Shown here piece by piece: positions 37,781 through 47,292 of a stretch of DNA of 64,000 bases. Source of the stretch: Polaromonas sp. Its GTDB lineage: Bacteria; Pseudomonadota; Gammaproteobacteria; Burkholderiales; Burkholderiaceae_C. The DNA lies in contig NZ_JAUXNA010000103.1 of the NCBI RefSeq assembly GCF_030682935.1, positions 5,409 to 69,408 on the forward strand, read 5' to 3'. Each line of letters starts with the position of its first letter. The first letter of the stretch is position 1. A program made the translations under genes and the position numbers. The notes beneath the pieces were generated by a model, which did no database searches, was not told the origin of the DNA, and saw only the letters and a list, made by a program, of their open reading frames with translations.

Positions 37781-37984
37781 GCCGCCCGCTGAAACTTCAG
37801 CTTTGGATGGGAAATCACCCAAAGCACCATAAAAAAACCGCATAATTTCTCTCACCATCCACTTTTACTTTGCAGCAGACTTGGGGGTCTCGCCGTCAAC
37901 AGGTTCCCGGATTTCAATGCGTGGCTCCGCCACTCCAAACGATGCAAGTTCTGTCCGGATGAAAAAATAGCAAAGGATCTACAG

Positions 37985-38371
37985 GTGCCGACAAAACAAC
38001 ATGCTGTCAAACAAGGCATCCCACGTGTGATCGCCGGCATCGCAACGCTTGGTTTCACCTTCTCCATGGCGGTTTTTTCCACAGGGTATGCGGCTGAATC
38101 CAGTGCATCCATTGCCGCTACCCGACGCGTTGAGCTTGTCAAGCTGGTGCGACAGGATTGCGGCTCCTGCCATGGGTTGGCGCTCAAAGGCGGCCTGGGT
38201 CCTGCCTTGTTGCCCGAAGCTTTAAAGGACAAACCCCCGGAGTACCTCAAGTTCGTCATTCTGCATGGATTGCCCCATACGGCCATGCCGCCCTGGCAGC
38301 GCTTCCTCAGTGAAGCAGACGCTGAATGGATCGTTTTCAATTTGCAGAAAGGTTTTCCCGGTGGCTATTAG
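37985..38371 (+). CDS. nirC: Monoheme cytochrome c55X
   Basis: LVRQDCGSCHG...GGLGPAL, TAMPPW; start uncertain. Confidence 0.88.
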   Translation: MPTKQHAVKQGIPRVIAGIATLGFTFSMAVFSTGYAAESSASIAATRRVELVKLVRQDCGSCHGLALKGGLGPALLPEALKDKPPEYLKFVILHGLPHTAMPPWQRFLSEADAEWIVFNLQKGFPGGY

Positions 38372-39545
38372 AAAATTTCAGGCCATGCTGTGGACCACGG
38401 CGTTGTTCATGCTGGCCGCTTGTGCCAGCCCGGTGATTCGCGGTACCGGGGACTTGGGTGTCATCGTCGAACGGGCCACCGGCAGCGTACAGATCGTTGA
38501 CACCAGCAAGCTGGTGGCCATCGCAGCCGTGCAGGGCCTGGGTGACCTGTCCCACGCGTCGCTCGTGTATTCGCGCGATGGCCGCTATGCCTATGTGTTC
38601 GGGCGCGACGGCGGTTTGAGCAAGGTTGACTTGTTGCGTGGCGCCATCGAACGCCGGGTGATGCAGGCGGGCAACAGCATCGGAGGCGCCATTTCGCAAG
38701 ATGGCAAACTGGTCGCGGCCCAGAACTATGCGCCCGGCGGCGTGAAGGTGTTTTCAGCCGACACCCTGGAGCTGGTTGCCGACGTGCCGGCGACCTACGG
38801 CGCGGCCGGCTTGCGCTCTAAAGTGGTCGGCCTGGCCGATGCGCCGGGCAACCGTTTCGTCTGGAGTCTTTTTGATGCGGATGAAATCTGGGTCGGCGAT
38901 TTTTCCGACCCCCACAAGCCCCATGTCAAAAAGTTCAAGGACATTGGCCGGGCCCCCTACGATGGCTTGATCACACCGAACGGACGCTTCTACCTGGCGG
39001 GCCTGTTCGGGGAGGATGGCATGGCCCTGGTCGATCTGTGGCACCCGGAGCGGGGCGCGCGCCGCGTGCTGAGCGGTTACGGCAAGGGCCAGGAAAAGTT
39101 GCCTGTCTTCAAGATGCCGCATCTGCGCGGCTGGGCGGTCGCCGGAAAATATGCCTACCTGCCGGCCATTGGTCGCCATGAGGTCCTGGTGCTGGACATG
39201 GAGACCTGGCTTGAAGCTGGTCGCATCAAGGTGTCGGGCCAGCCGGTCTTTGTCATGGCCCGACCCGATGGCCGGCAGGTGTGGGTCAATTTCGCATTTC
39301 CCGACAACGGCAATGTCGACGTGATCGATGTCGAAAAACGCACGCTCATGAAACAACTGGCACCGGGTAAGGCCGTCTTGCACATGGAGTTCACGCCGCG
39401 CGGCGAATCCGTCTGGATTTCGGCGCGCGACGACAACCGTGTGGTGGTGTACGACACGGAGAATTTTGCGCAACGCGGCGTGCTCCCGGCGGAGTCCCCG
39501 AGCGGTATTTTCTTCACGAGCCGCGCGGCGCGCATCGGATTCTGA
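38361..39545 (+). CDS. nirF: Heme d1 biosynthesis protein NirF (lipoprotein)
   Basis: Lipobox LAAC, RGTGDLG, GDLSHAS, KMPHL, PSGIFF..RA.RIG. Confidence 0.93.
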   Translation: MAIRKFQAMLWTTALFMLAACASPVIRGTGDLGVIVERATGSVQIVDTSKLVAIAAVQGLGDLSHASLVYSRDGRYAYVFGRDGGLSKVDLLRGAIERRVMQAGNSIGGAISQDGKLVAAQNYAPGGVKVFSADTLELVADVPATYGAAGLRSKVVGLADAPGNRFVWSLFDADEIWVGDFSDPHKPHVKKFKDIGRAPYDGLITPNGRFYLAGLFGEDGMALVDLWHPERGARRVLSGYGKGQEKLPVFKMPHLRGWAVAGKYAYLPAIGRHEVLVLDMETWLEAGRIKVSGQPVFVMARPDGRQVWVNFAFPDNGNVDVIDVEKRTLMKQLAPGKAVLHMEFTPRGESVWISARDDNRVVVYDTENFAQRGVLPAESPSGIFFTSRAARIGF

Positions 39546-39552
39546 GGCGGAC

Positions 39553-40608
39553 ATGGGACAGATGCACGAGCTGGGTCTGACGAAAGAGCGTATTTTGGGT
39601 GAACTGGAATTCAAGTTGTTGAATGATTTCCAGCGGGATTTTCCGCTGGTGGCGCGCCCTTTTGCTGAACTGGCAAGCCGTCTGGACGTCGACGAGGCGA
39701 GGGTCATTGACGTTTTGCAATCGATGCGCAAGCGTGGCATGGTCAGCCGGATCGGCGCCGTGTTCCGGCCGAATGTCGTCGGGGTCAGCGCCCTGGCGGC
39801 GCTGGCCGTGCCTGCCGGGCGGCTGGAAGAAGTGGCCGCCCAGGTCAGCGCGCTGACCGAGATCAACCACAACTATCAGCGCGAGCACCGTTTTAATCTC
39901 TGGTTCGTTGCGACCACATCATCGGCAGAACATTTGCACGCTATTTTCCGGAAAATTGAAATCGCTTGCGGATGCGGACCCGTGCTGGTGCTGCCTTTGC
40001 TGGAGCAGTTCCATATAGATTTGGGTTTTTCCTTGGCGCCTGCTGCGCCGCACCATGTTCAAAGTGACGCACAGGCTCCGGCCGATGTCGCGGCGATCGA
40101 ATTGAGCGAGGCGGAACGGGCATTCGTGGCTGTTTTGCAAAAAGGCCTGCCGCTGATTTCACAGCCGTTTGCCGTCTTGGGCTGGGCCGAGGCGGATGCG
40201 ATGGCCCTGCTCTCGCGCTGGACCGGGACCGGTGTCATCAAGCGCTTTGGCGTGGTGGTGCGTCATCATGAACTGGGCTACACCGCCAATGCGATGGTGG
40301 TGTGGGATGTGCCGGATGCAGTGGTCAGCCGGTTGGGCAGAAGCATTGCGGATTCCGGCCAGGTTAGCCTGTGCTATCGCCGACCGCGGAAGTTGCCCCA
40401 CTGGCCATACAACCTTTTTTGCATGATCCATGGCAAGGATCGCCAAGAGGTCGAACAACGCATCGCCACCCTGGCACAGGCCTGCGGGCTGGGTTCTTAT
40501 CCGTTTCAGGTCCTGTTCAGTTGCCGCCGTTTCAAGCAATGCGGTGCGCGCTATGTCTCCCATGTGAACAACGACATCTCACCGGAGTTGGCCAGTGGAT
40601 CAGATTGA
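39553..40608 (+). CDS. nirD: Fused NirD-NirL siroheme decarboxylase subunit
   Basis: Two Lrp/AsnC-like halves: FQRDFPL..HNYQREH.FNLWFV and ANAM.VW..CYRR....WPYNLFCMIHG. Confidence 0.88.
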   Translation: MGQMHELGLTKERILGELEFKLLNDFQRDFPLVARPFAELASRLDVDEARVIDVLQSMRKRGMVSRIGAVFRPNVVGVSALAALAVPAGRLEEVAAQVSALTEINHNYQREHRFNLWFVATTSSAEHLHAIFRKIEIACGCGPVLVLPLLEQFHIDLGFSLAPAAPHHVQSDAQAPADVAAIELSEAERAFVAVLQKGLPLISQPFAVLGWAEADAMALLSRWTGTGVIKRFGVVVRHHELGYTANAMVVWDVPDAVVSRLGRSIADSGQVSLCYRRPRKLPHWPYNLFCMIHGKDRQEVEQRIATLAQACGLGSYPFQVLFSCRRFKQCGARYVSHVNNDISPELASGSD

Positions 40609-41038
40609 CCGCGACATCATCAACGGTTTGCAGGAGGGGCTTGCGGTGTGTGAGCGCCCTTATCTTGAAGCGGCGCAGCGTCTTGGGCTGCAAGAGGATG
40701 AGTTGATGGCGCGGCTCGCCCGACTGTTGGCGCAGGGTGTTCTCACCCGTGTCGGCCCTTTGTATCAGATCGAGCGCATGGGTGGCGCCTTTACCCTGGC
40801 TGCCTTGCATGCGCCAGTCGAAGCGTACGAACTGGTGGCGCAACGCGTCAATGCCTTGCCACAGGTGGCGCACAATTATGCGCGCGACCATGAACTCAAT
40901 ATGTGGTTCGTCATCGCCACCGAAACGCCGGATGAAATCGAGGAGGTCATCGCCCGGATAGAGCAGGACACTGGTTGCAGCGTACTCAACTTCCCCAAGT
41001 CGCGGGAATACTTCGTCGAATTGAAACTCAAAGCGTAA
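40595..41038 (+). CDS. nirG: Siroheme decarboxylase subunit NirG
   Basis: MGGAFTLAA, VAHNYARDHELNMWFV. Confidence 0.88.
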   Translation: MDQIDRDIINGLQEGLAVCERPYLEAAQRLGLQEDELMARLARLLAQGVLTRVGPLYQIERMGGAFTLAALHAPVEAYELVAQRVNALPQVAHNYARDHELNMWFVIATETPDEIEEVIARIEQDTGCSVLNFPKSREYFVELKLKA

Positions 41039-41046
41039 GCAAGCAC

Positions 41047-41574
41047 ATGACAGACATCACCGGGGTGGGGTTCCAGTTGCCAGCTATCGACGCCACTGAT
41101 CGCGCCATCATCGTGGCGACGCAAGGCGGTCTGCCGCTGGTGGCGCGGCCCTACCACGCCATCGCGCAAAGCCTGCAGCTCGAGCCCAGGCAAGTGATGA
41201 CGCGGATTCTCCGCATGCAGGAGACCGGCGTGATCCGCCGTCTGGGGGTGGTGCCGAATCACTACGCCATCGGCTACCGCGCCAACGGCATGTCGGTGTG
41301 GGATGTGCCCGATGACCGGGTGGATCAACTGGGGGCGTCGGTCGGCGGCTTCGAATTCGTCAGTCACTGTTATCGCCGTCCACGCCGCCTGCCGCAGTGG
41401 CCGTACAACCTGTTCGCCATGGTGCACGGCAAGAGCCGCGACGAAGTCGAGCAGAAAGTTTCACAAATCGCCGCACTGCTGGGCGAGCATGTGCGGAGCC
41501 ACACAATTTTGTACAGCACCCGCATATTGAAAAAAACGGGCCTGCGCCTGGCGGGCCAAAAAAAAACCGAATAG
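41047..41574 (+). CDS. nirH: Siroheme decarboxylase subunit NirH
   Basis: VPNHY.IGY.ANGMSVW, HCYRRPR, ILKKTGLR. Confidence 0.9.
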   Translation: MTDITGVGFQLPAIDATDRAIIVATQGGLPLVARPYHAIAQSLQLEPRQVMTRILRMQETGVIRRLGVVPNHYAIGYRANGMSVWDVPDDRVDQLGASVGGFEFVSHCYRRPRRLPQWPYNLFAMVHGKSRDEVEQKVSQIAALLGEHVRSHTILYSTRILKKTGLRLAGQKKTE

Positions 41575-41584
41575 AGGACCCACC

Positions 41585-42796
41585 GTGTTTCGAATCACCC
41601 ACTACATGCGAGAAATCGCACACCCCACGCCGCCCGGCCCCAGACGCAACCCGCCCGGTCCGGTGGTGATCTGGAACCTGATTCGCCGCTGCAACCTGAC
41701 CTGCAGGCATTGTTATTCGATTTCGGCGGACAAGGATTTCGCCGGCGAACTGAGTTGCGCGGAAGTTTATGGCGTGATGGACGATTTGCGTGGCTTCGGC
41801 GTGCCGGTGCTTATTTTGTCGGGGGGCGAGCCCCTGCTGCGCAAGGATATTTATGACATTTCACGGCGCGCAAAAGAGATGGGTTTTTATGTCGGCCTGT
41901 CGACCAACGGGACGCTGGTGGATGCATCGACCATCGAGCGCATCGCGGCCATCGGTTTCGACTACGTCGGCATCAGCCTCGACGGTATCCGCGAAACACA
42001 TGACAAGTTCCGCCGCAAGGAAGGCGCTTTCGATGCGTCGCTGCGGGGCGTCAGGCTGTGCCGTGATGCGGGGATCAAGATCGGCGTGCGCTTCACGCTG
42101 ACGCAGGACAACGCACACGACCTGCCTGCCTTGCTCAGGCTGGTCGATGATGAAGGCATCGACAAGTTCTATTTGTCGCATCTCAACTACGCAGGGCGCG
42201 GCAACACCAACCGCGGCCGTGATGCGTTCCTGGAAACAACCCGCAAGGCGATGGATTTGCTGTTCGACACCTGCTGGAAAAATATTGAAAATGGCGCTGA
42301 AAAGGAATTCGTCACCGGAAACAACGATGCCGATGGCGTGTACCTGCTGCACTGGGTGCGGCGCCGTTTCCCGCAGCAGGAGGCGGCGCTGCGCGCCAGG
42401 CTGGCGCAGTGGGGCGGCAACTCGTCCGGCGTCAATGTCGCCAATATCGATAACCTGGGCAATGTCCACCCGGACACCTTCTGGTGGCACCACAACCTGG
42501 GCAATGTGCGCGAGCGGGCCTTTTCCGACATCTGGCGCGATACCTCGGACCCCCTGATGGCGGGGCTCAAGGCGGTTCCGCGCACGATCAAGGGCCGCTG
42601 CGCAGAGTGCCGCTATTTCGATGTTTGCGGCGGCAACACGCGAGTGCGCGCCCTGCAGTTGACCGGCGACGCCTGGCAGGAAGACCCGGCCTGCTATTTG
42701 TCGGATACGGAAATCGGGCTGGCCGGCGAACGGGAACGGGAACGGGTCCCGATGAAACCATTTATTGGCGTACGCAGGGCGAGGGTCACCCCATGA
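41585..42796 (+). CDS. nirJ: Heme d1 biosynthesis radical SAM protein
   Basis: PVVIWNLIRRCNLTCRHCY and C-terminal SPASM cysteines. Confidence 0.94.
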   Translation: MFRITHYMREIAHPTPPGPRRNPPGPVVIWNLIRRCNLTCRHCYSISADKDFAGELSCAEVYGVMDDLRGFGVPVLILSGGEPLLRKDIYDISRRAKEMGFYVGLSTNGTLVDASTIERIAAIGFDYVGISLDGIRETHDKFRRKEGAFDASLRGVRLCRDAGIKIGVRFTLTQDNAHDLPALLRLVDDEGIDKFYLSHLNYAGRGNTNRGRDAFLETTRKAMDLLFDTCWKNIENGAEKEFVTGNNDADGVYLLHWVRRRFPQQEAALRARLAQWGGNSSGVNVANIDNLGNVHPDTFWWHHNLGNVRERAFSDIWRDTSDPLMAGLKAVPRTIKGRCAECRYFDVCGGNTRVRALQLTGDAWQEDPACYLSDTEIGLAGERERERVPMKPFIGVRRARVTP

Positions 42797-44415
42797 GCAC
42801 AGCCCTGTTCCACAAACTGTTGCCCGGGCTGATGGGGCTGCTGGCAGGCGCTTTTCTGCCTGCGGCATGGGCGGCCTCGGAAAAACCCGTGCCCGTGAAT
42901 GCGGCAGGCCCTGCGGCCACCCATGCCGTGGTCGATACAGGCAAGGTTTATCAGTCGCACTGCGCGTCCTGCCATGGCGCCGACCGACTGGGCGGCACCG
43001 GGCCTGCCTTGCTGCCCGGAAACCTTGCGCGCCTGCGCCGTCCGGATGCCATCCAAACCATCGCGCAAGGCCGGCAGGCCACCCAGATGCCCGCCTTTGG
43101 CTCCAGCCTGACGCCGCAGGAGATCGCATCGCTGACGGACCTGATCTATGAACCGCTGGCCAAGACACCGGCATGGGGCATGGATGAAATCCGCGCGTCC
43201 CGGGTTGAACATGTCAAGGCCGGCAGCCTGCCGGACAAACCCGTATTTTCGGCTGACCCGCTCAATCTGTTCGTGGTGGTGGAGCTTGGCGACCACCATG
43301 CGACCATCCTCGATGGCGACAAGTTCGAGCCGATTACCCGTTTCCCCACTCGCTATGCCCTGCATGGCGGGCCCAAGTTCTCGCCTGATGGGCGTTATGT
43401 TTATTTCGCTTCGCGCGACGGCTGGGTTGCCAAATATGACATCTGGAATCTGACACTGGTGGCCGAAATTCGTGCCGGCATCAATACGCGCAATCTGGCG
43501 GTGTCCAGTGACGGGCGCTTCGCCCTGGTCGCCAACTACTTTCCCCATACGCTGGTAGCGCTCGACACCCGTGACCTGTCGCCCATCCGGGTGATCGACG
43601 TCAAGGACGATAGCGGCAAGTCGTCACGCGTGTCGGCCATCTATGACGCCGCCCCGCGCAAAAGCTTCATAGCGGCCCTGAAAGATATTGCGGAAGTATG
43701 GGAGCTTAGCTACGCCGAAAAGGCGCCCCCGGCTGACGCAGACCCGGCGCCAGACAACCGGCTGACGCCGGGGCTTGGCGTCAAAGGGCCTTTTGTGCCA
43801 CGTCGCATCCAGCTCGATGACTATCTGGATGACTTCTTCTTCGACCCCGCCTATGACCACGTGTTTGGCTCCTCGCGCGGCGGTCAGGGTCAGGTGGTGA
43901 ACCTCAATAGCGGGCGCAAAACAGCCGATGTTGGCCTGCCGGGTTTGCCGCACTTGGGCTCCGGCATATCCTGGTCCTATCAGGGTCAGCCCGTGATGGC
44001 GACGCCCAACCTGAAAGATGGCGTGGTGTCGGTGATCGACATGAAATCATGGCAGACCATCAAGCAGATACCCACCCTGGGGCCTGGCTTCTTCATGCGC
44101 AGCCACGAGAACACGCCGTATGCCTGGGTCGATGTCTTTAACGATCCAAAAAATAGCGATGTGATCCAGATCATCGACAAAAAAACGTTGGAAATCGTCA
44201 AGCAACTCAAGCCCAGCCCAGGCAAGATTGCAGCGCATACAGAATTCACGCGGGATGGCAAATATGCGGTGGTCAGCATCTGGGAAATTGATGGAGAGCT
44301 GGTTATTTACGACGCAGTGACGCTGGAGGTTGTCAAGCGGATCAAGATGAAGAAACCTTCCGGAAAATACAATGTGTTCAATAAAATCAGTCGCTCAGAG
44401 GGCACCAGCCATTGA
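42793..44415 (+). CDS. nirN: Dihydro-heme d1 dehydrogenase NirN
   Basis: CASCH cytochrome domain plus d1-type propeller (ALHGGPKF, PHLGSG, FMRSHE, PSGKYN). Confidence 0.92.
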   Translation: MSTALFHKLLPGLMGLLAGAFLPAAWAASEKPVPVNAAGPAATHAVVDTGKVYQSHCASCHGADRLGGTGPALLPGNLARLRRPDAIQTIAQGRQATQMPAFGSSLTPQEIASLTDLIYEPLAKTPAWGMDEIRASRVEHVKAGSLPDKPVFSADPLNLFVVVELGDHHATILDGDKFEPITRFPTRYALHGGPKFSPDGRYVYFASRDGWVAKYDIWNLTLVAEIRAGINTRNLAVSSDGRFALVANYFPHTLVALDTRDLSPIRVIDVKDDSGKSSRVSAIYDAAPRKSFIAALKDIAEVWELSYAEKAPPADADPAPDNRLTPGLGVKGPFVPRRIQLDDYLDDFFFDPAYDHVFGSSRGGQGQVVNLNSGRKTADVGLPGLPHLGSGISWSYQGQPVMATPNLKDGVVSVIDMKSWQTIKQIPTLGPGFFMRSHENTPYAWVDVFNDPKNSDVIQIIDKKTLEIVKQLKPSPGKIAAHTEFTRDGKYAVVSIWEIDGELVIYDAVTLEVVKRIKMKKPSGKYNVFNKISRSEGTSH

Positions 44416-44551
44416 TTGGCTGGTGATGCCTGTTTGCAGTTCTGCGATACACCCGTCAGGCATTGAAATCGGGCTTGGCGCGGGTCACAAAGAAGGAGTC
44501 TCCCTGATACAGCGCGTACAGCCGTGCAAAGTTCCAACAGCCTCGATCCAA
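44411..44551 (-). mobile_element. IS4-family transposase fragment (relic)
   Basis: Minus strand reads LDRGCWNFARLYALYQGDSFFVTRAKPDFNA*RVY, matching the DRGY.DF.RL..L....AFFVTRAK.N catalytic segment. Confidence 0.75.
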
Positions 44552-44600
44552 ATTATTTATTCGGCACGATTTGGGTTGCGGTTCTTGTCGGGGCAATTAG

Positions 44601-45299
44601 TCAATGCGAACCGTAGCTGGCGAGGCGTTGTACATCAAGAATACGGACCTCGCGCTTGTCTATTTCGATCAGACCTTCGGCTTCAAGTTCGTGCAAAACG
44701 CGAGAGAAATATTCGGGGGTTAGCGACAGGCGTGAGGCAATGGTGGCTTTGCTCACGGGCAAGGCAACGGTGACGGCGCCAATCCTGTCGGCATTTTCGT
44801 CCTCAACCTCCCGCAGCAGGTAGCCGATCAGCCGTTGCATGCCACTGTGCAAGGCATAGCCCTCTACGTCTCGAATCAAGCCGTGTAGCCGACGCGAGAT
44901 GCCAGCAAGCATGTGCATTGAAAAGCGCGGATCGCGTTCTATTTCACTGAATACGGACTGCTTGCTGACACGCAAAAGCAAGGTGTCAACCAGTGCTTGA
45001 GCGTTCAAAATACAAGGCATACTGAGAAACATCATGGCTTCTGCAAAGCTGTGACCAGGGCTCACGATTTCAATCACCTTCTCATGACCGGAAGGTGAGG
45101 CAACGTACAGTTTGATTTGCCCCACCACGACGACATAAAAAGCGTCGCATTCCTCTCCCACCCGAAACACCATATCACCCCGGACAAATCGTTTCAGTTG
45201 GCAGCTTTGAGCTAAGCGTTCTCGTTCAAGTTGCGATAAGTTGCTGAACAGTGGCAGCACTGACAGGTAACGCAGCATATCGAACTGTTCGGTATCCAT
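44601..45299 (-). CDS. dnr: Crp/Fnr family regulator, DNR-type
   Basis: G.EKVIE, GHSFAEA.MF, HTH IASRLSLTPEYFSR; lacks the N-terminal Cys cluster of FNR; sits between nir and nor. Confidence 0.8.
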   Translation of the reverse strand: MDTEQFDMLRYLSVLPLFSNLSQLERERLAQSCQLKRFVRGDMVFRVGEECDAFYVVVVGQIKLYVASPSGHEKVIEIVSPGHSFAEAMMFLSMPCILNAQALVDTLLLRVSKQSVFSEIERDPRFSMHMLAGISRRLHGLIRDVEGYALHSGMQRLIGYLLREVEDENADRIGAVTVALPVSKATIASRLSLTPEYFSRVLHELEAEGLIEIDKREVRILDVQRLASYGSH

Positions 45300-45459
45300 T
45301 TTGATTTTTTCTACCGGTGGTGAGTTGGTGTGGCTGTTTAATTGTAGTGGACGTGCCAAGGCCTCCAGTTGAAAAAATGGACAAAAGATCAGACCGGCAT
45401 GGTGGGGCCAATGCACCGTCGAATTCAAGCTGGAGGCGGTGCGGCTCCGAAGTGCGTTT

Positions 45460-47292
45460 CTATTGACGGGCCAGTGTCGCCCAGGCCTGCGTTAACCGGT
45501 TGACCAGGTCTTCTGGCCGGTGAACCAGTGCATAGCCCCGTTGGCCAAAAAGCAGCGGAAGGTAGTCATGACCGGATTCATCGATGGTGACGCAAAAGGG
45601 TGACAGGCCCGCGGCATGCGCTTCATGAATGGCATGACGGGTATCCTCGATGCCGTAGCGCCCCTCATAAATGTCCAGGTCGTTGGGCTTTCCGTCGGTC
45701 AGCAGCATCAACAGGCGGCGGCGCTCCGGCCGCCCCGATAACTGGCGTGTGGCGTGACGTATTGCGGCACCCATGCGGGTGTAGTAGCCGGGCCGAACGG
45801 CGCCCACGCGTGCCCGGGTGGTTTCATTCCATGCTTCGTCAAAACTCTTGAGGCGCTGCAGTCTGACATGGTGGCGGCGCACCGAGCTGAACCCCCACAT
45901 GGCAAACGGGTCCCCCACGGCGCACAAGGCCTCGCCGAAAACAAACAGCGCATCGCGAATGACATCAATGACACGGACTTGCGACGTCGCATGGGCGTCG
46001 GTCGACAGCGACAAATCAGCCAGCAGCAAGGTGGCGAGGCTGCGCTCACTGCGGGCGTGCCGTGTGTAGACCGGCGGCGCATCGCTGCGCAGGCCGCAGT
46101 GCCCCAGCTGGTCGGCGCTGAAGCGTACCCAGGCATCCAGGTCAATGGCGTCCCCGCTGTCCTGTCCGTGTTGCGGGCGGGGTGCGTCGCGCAGCGTCTC
46201 CAGGCGACGGCGCACGCGCCGAGCTGTCAATCGAAGAGTTGGCGATGGCACAAAAGAGGCGCCCGGACGCGCCTCCATGACTTGTACAACACAATGATCA
46301 GGCTGCATGACGCCACGCCGGTAGTCCCATTCGGGAAGGTGCAGTCCAGGCCCCAAAGGCAAGTCGTCGGCACTCGTGCTCGGCAGATCCAGATCAAACT
46401 TGACGCGCGATGCCAGTGTTTGACCGTCGGGTGCCAACGACAGCTTGTCCATGTCGTTGGCTGCCGCGACGGCGTTGCCGTCATCTTCGTCGTCGGTGCT
46501 GCGGTTGACGCGCACCATCTCGCTCCAGGACATCAGGGCCTCGCCCCGAAAAGGCAGCACCATGGCGTTACGTCCCTGACTTTCCTGCGCGCGCTCCGTG
46601 CGTCGACGTTGTTTGTCCTCGGCAGAGTTGGCGCGCGCGGCATCCACCGGATCCTGCGTGCCCGCGCTTCGTGCCGCCCCGCATGCCAGGGCACCTCCAG
46701 CGCCTACCCACAGCCATACCGGCGCCACGTCCGATGGCTCAACCTGACAGGCACTCAAGCCATCGCCCCGCAAGGCGGCCTGAATGGCGGCTTCAGCCAG
46801 AGCGGCGGTTCCTCGCAGATGGCTTGGGTTGGCACGCTGTGAAAGATGTGCGCTCTGCAATTGCCTGTACCTTGGCGCAAAGCCGGGGAAGTGGCACAGC
46901 CCCCGCAGACTGGCGCGGCAGTTATCGGCGACCCAGTTGCCGGTGTGTTCGAAGCAGGCCGATTGAATGGCAAGCCAGAGGTACAAATCCCGGTTCAGCG
47001 TTCGATCATCAAATACCGACAGCGACGCGGGCAGTGCGAGCACATCGGGCTCAAGCCGTGCCGTGTCGGCCCGGCCACCACTGCCGGCAACTCTTTGCAG
47101 CCAGCTCCGCGGACCACCCATGCGCTGCTCGGAGGCTGGCGCCAGCCGCAACGCGGCCGAACCGCCTGCCGCCCGAAATAGAACGCCAATCGACTTTTGG
47201 ACATCATTGAGATGAACAATGGCCTCAGGGTTACCACGTTGCGCCAGACGCGTCACCGCGTGATGCCACCAGCGTCCTACCATTTCTTCCAT
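45460..47292 (-). CDS. norD: Nitric oxide reductase activation protein NorD (vWA domain)
   Basis: MEE.VG..WH, PEWDYR, LADLSLST, YYTRMGAAIRH, LTDGKPND. Confidence 0.93.
   Translation of the reverse strand: MEEMVGRWWHHAVTRLAQRGNPEAIVHLNDVQKSIGVLFRAAGGSAALRLAPASEQRMGGPRSWLQRVAGSGGRADTARLEPDVLALPASLSVFDDRTLNRDLYLWLAIQSACFEHTGNWVADNCRASLRGLCHFPGFAPRYRQLQSAHLSQRANPSHLRGTAALAEAAIQAALRGDGLSACQVEPSDVAPVWLWVGAGGALACGAARSAGTQDPVDAARANSAEDKQRRRTERAQESQGRNAMVLPFRGEALMSWSEMVRVNRSTDDEDDGNAVAAANDMDKLSLAPDGQTLASRVKFDLDLPSTSADDLPLGPGLHLPEWDYRRGVMQPDHCVVQVMEARPGASFVPSPTLRLTARRVRRRLETLRDAPRPQHGQDSGDAIDLDAWVRFSADQLGHCGLRSDAPPVYTRHARSERSLATLLLADLSLSTDAHATSQVRVIDVIRDALFVFGEALCAVGDPFAMWGFSSVRRHHVRLQRLKSFDEAWNETTRARVGAVRPGYYTRMGAAIRHATRQLSGRPERRRLLMLLTDGKPNDLDIYEGRYGIEDTRHAIHEAHAAGLSPFCVTIDESGHDYLPLLFGQRGYALVHRPEDLVNRLTQAWATLARQ

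Noticed and set aside
37800-37984. Possible nirM remnant upstream of nirC
   Set aside because: No CxxCH or cytochrome c551-like peptide in the forward-frame translations I checked.
41558-41566. A9 homopolymer as a phase-variation tract in nirH
   Set aside because: It lies in the last few codons, so slippage would barely change the protein.
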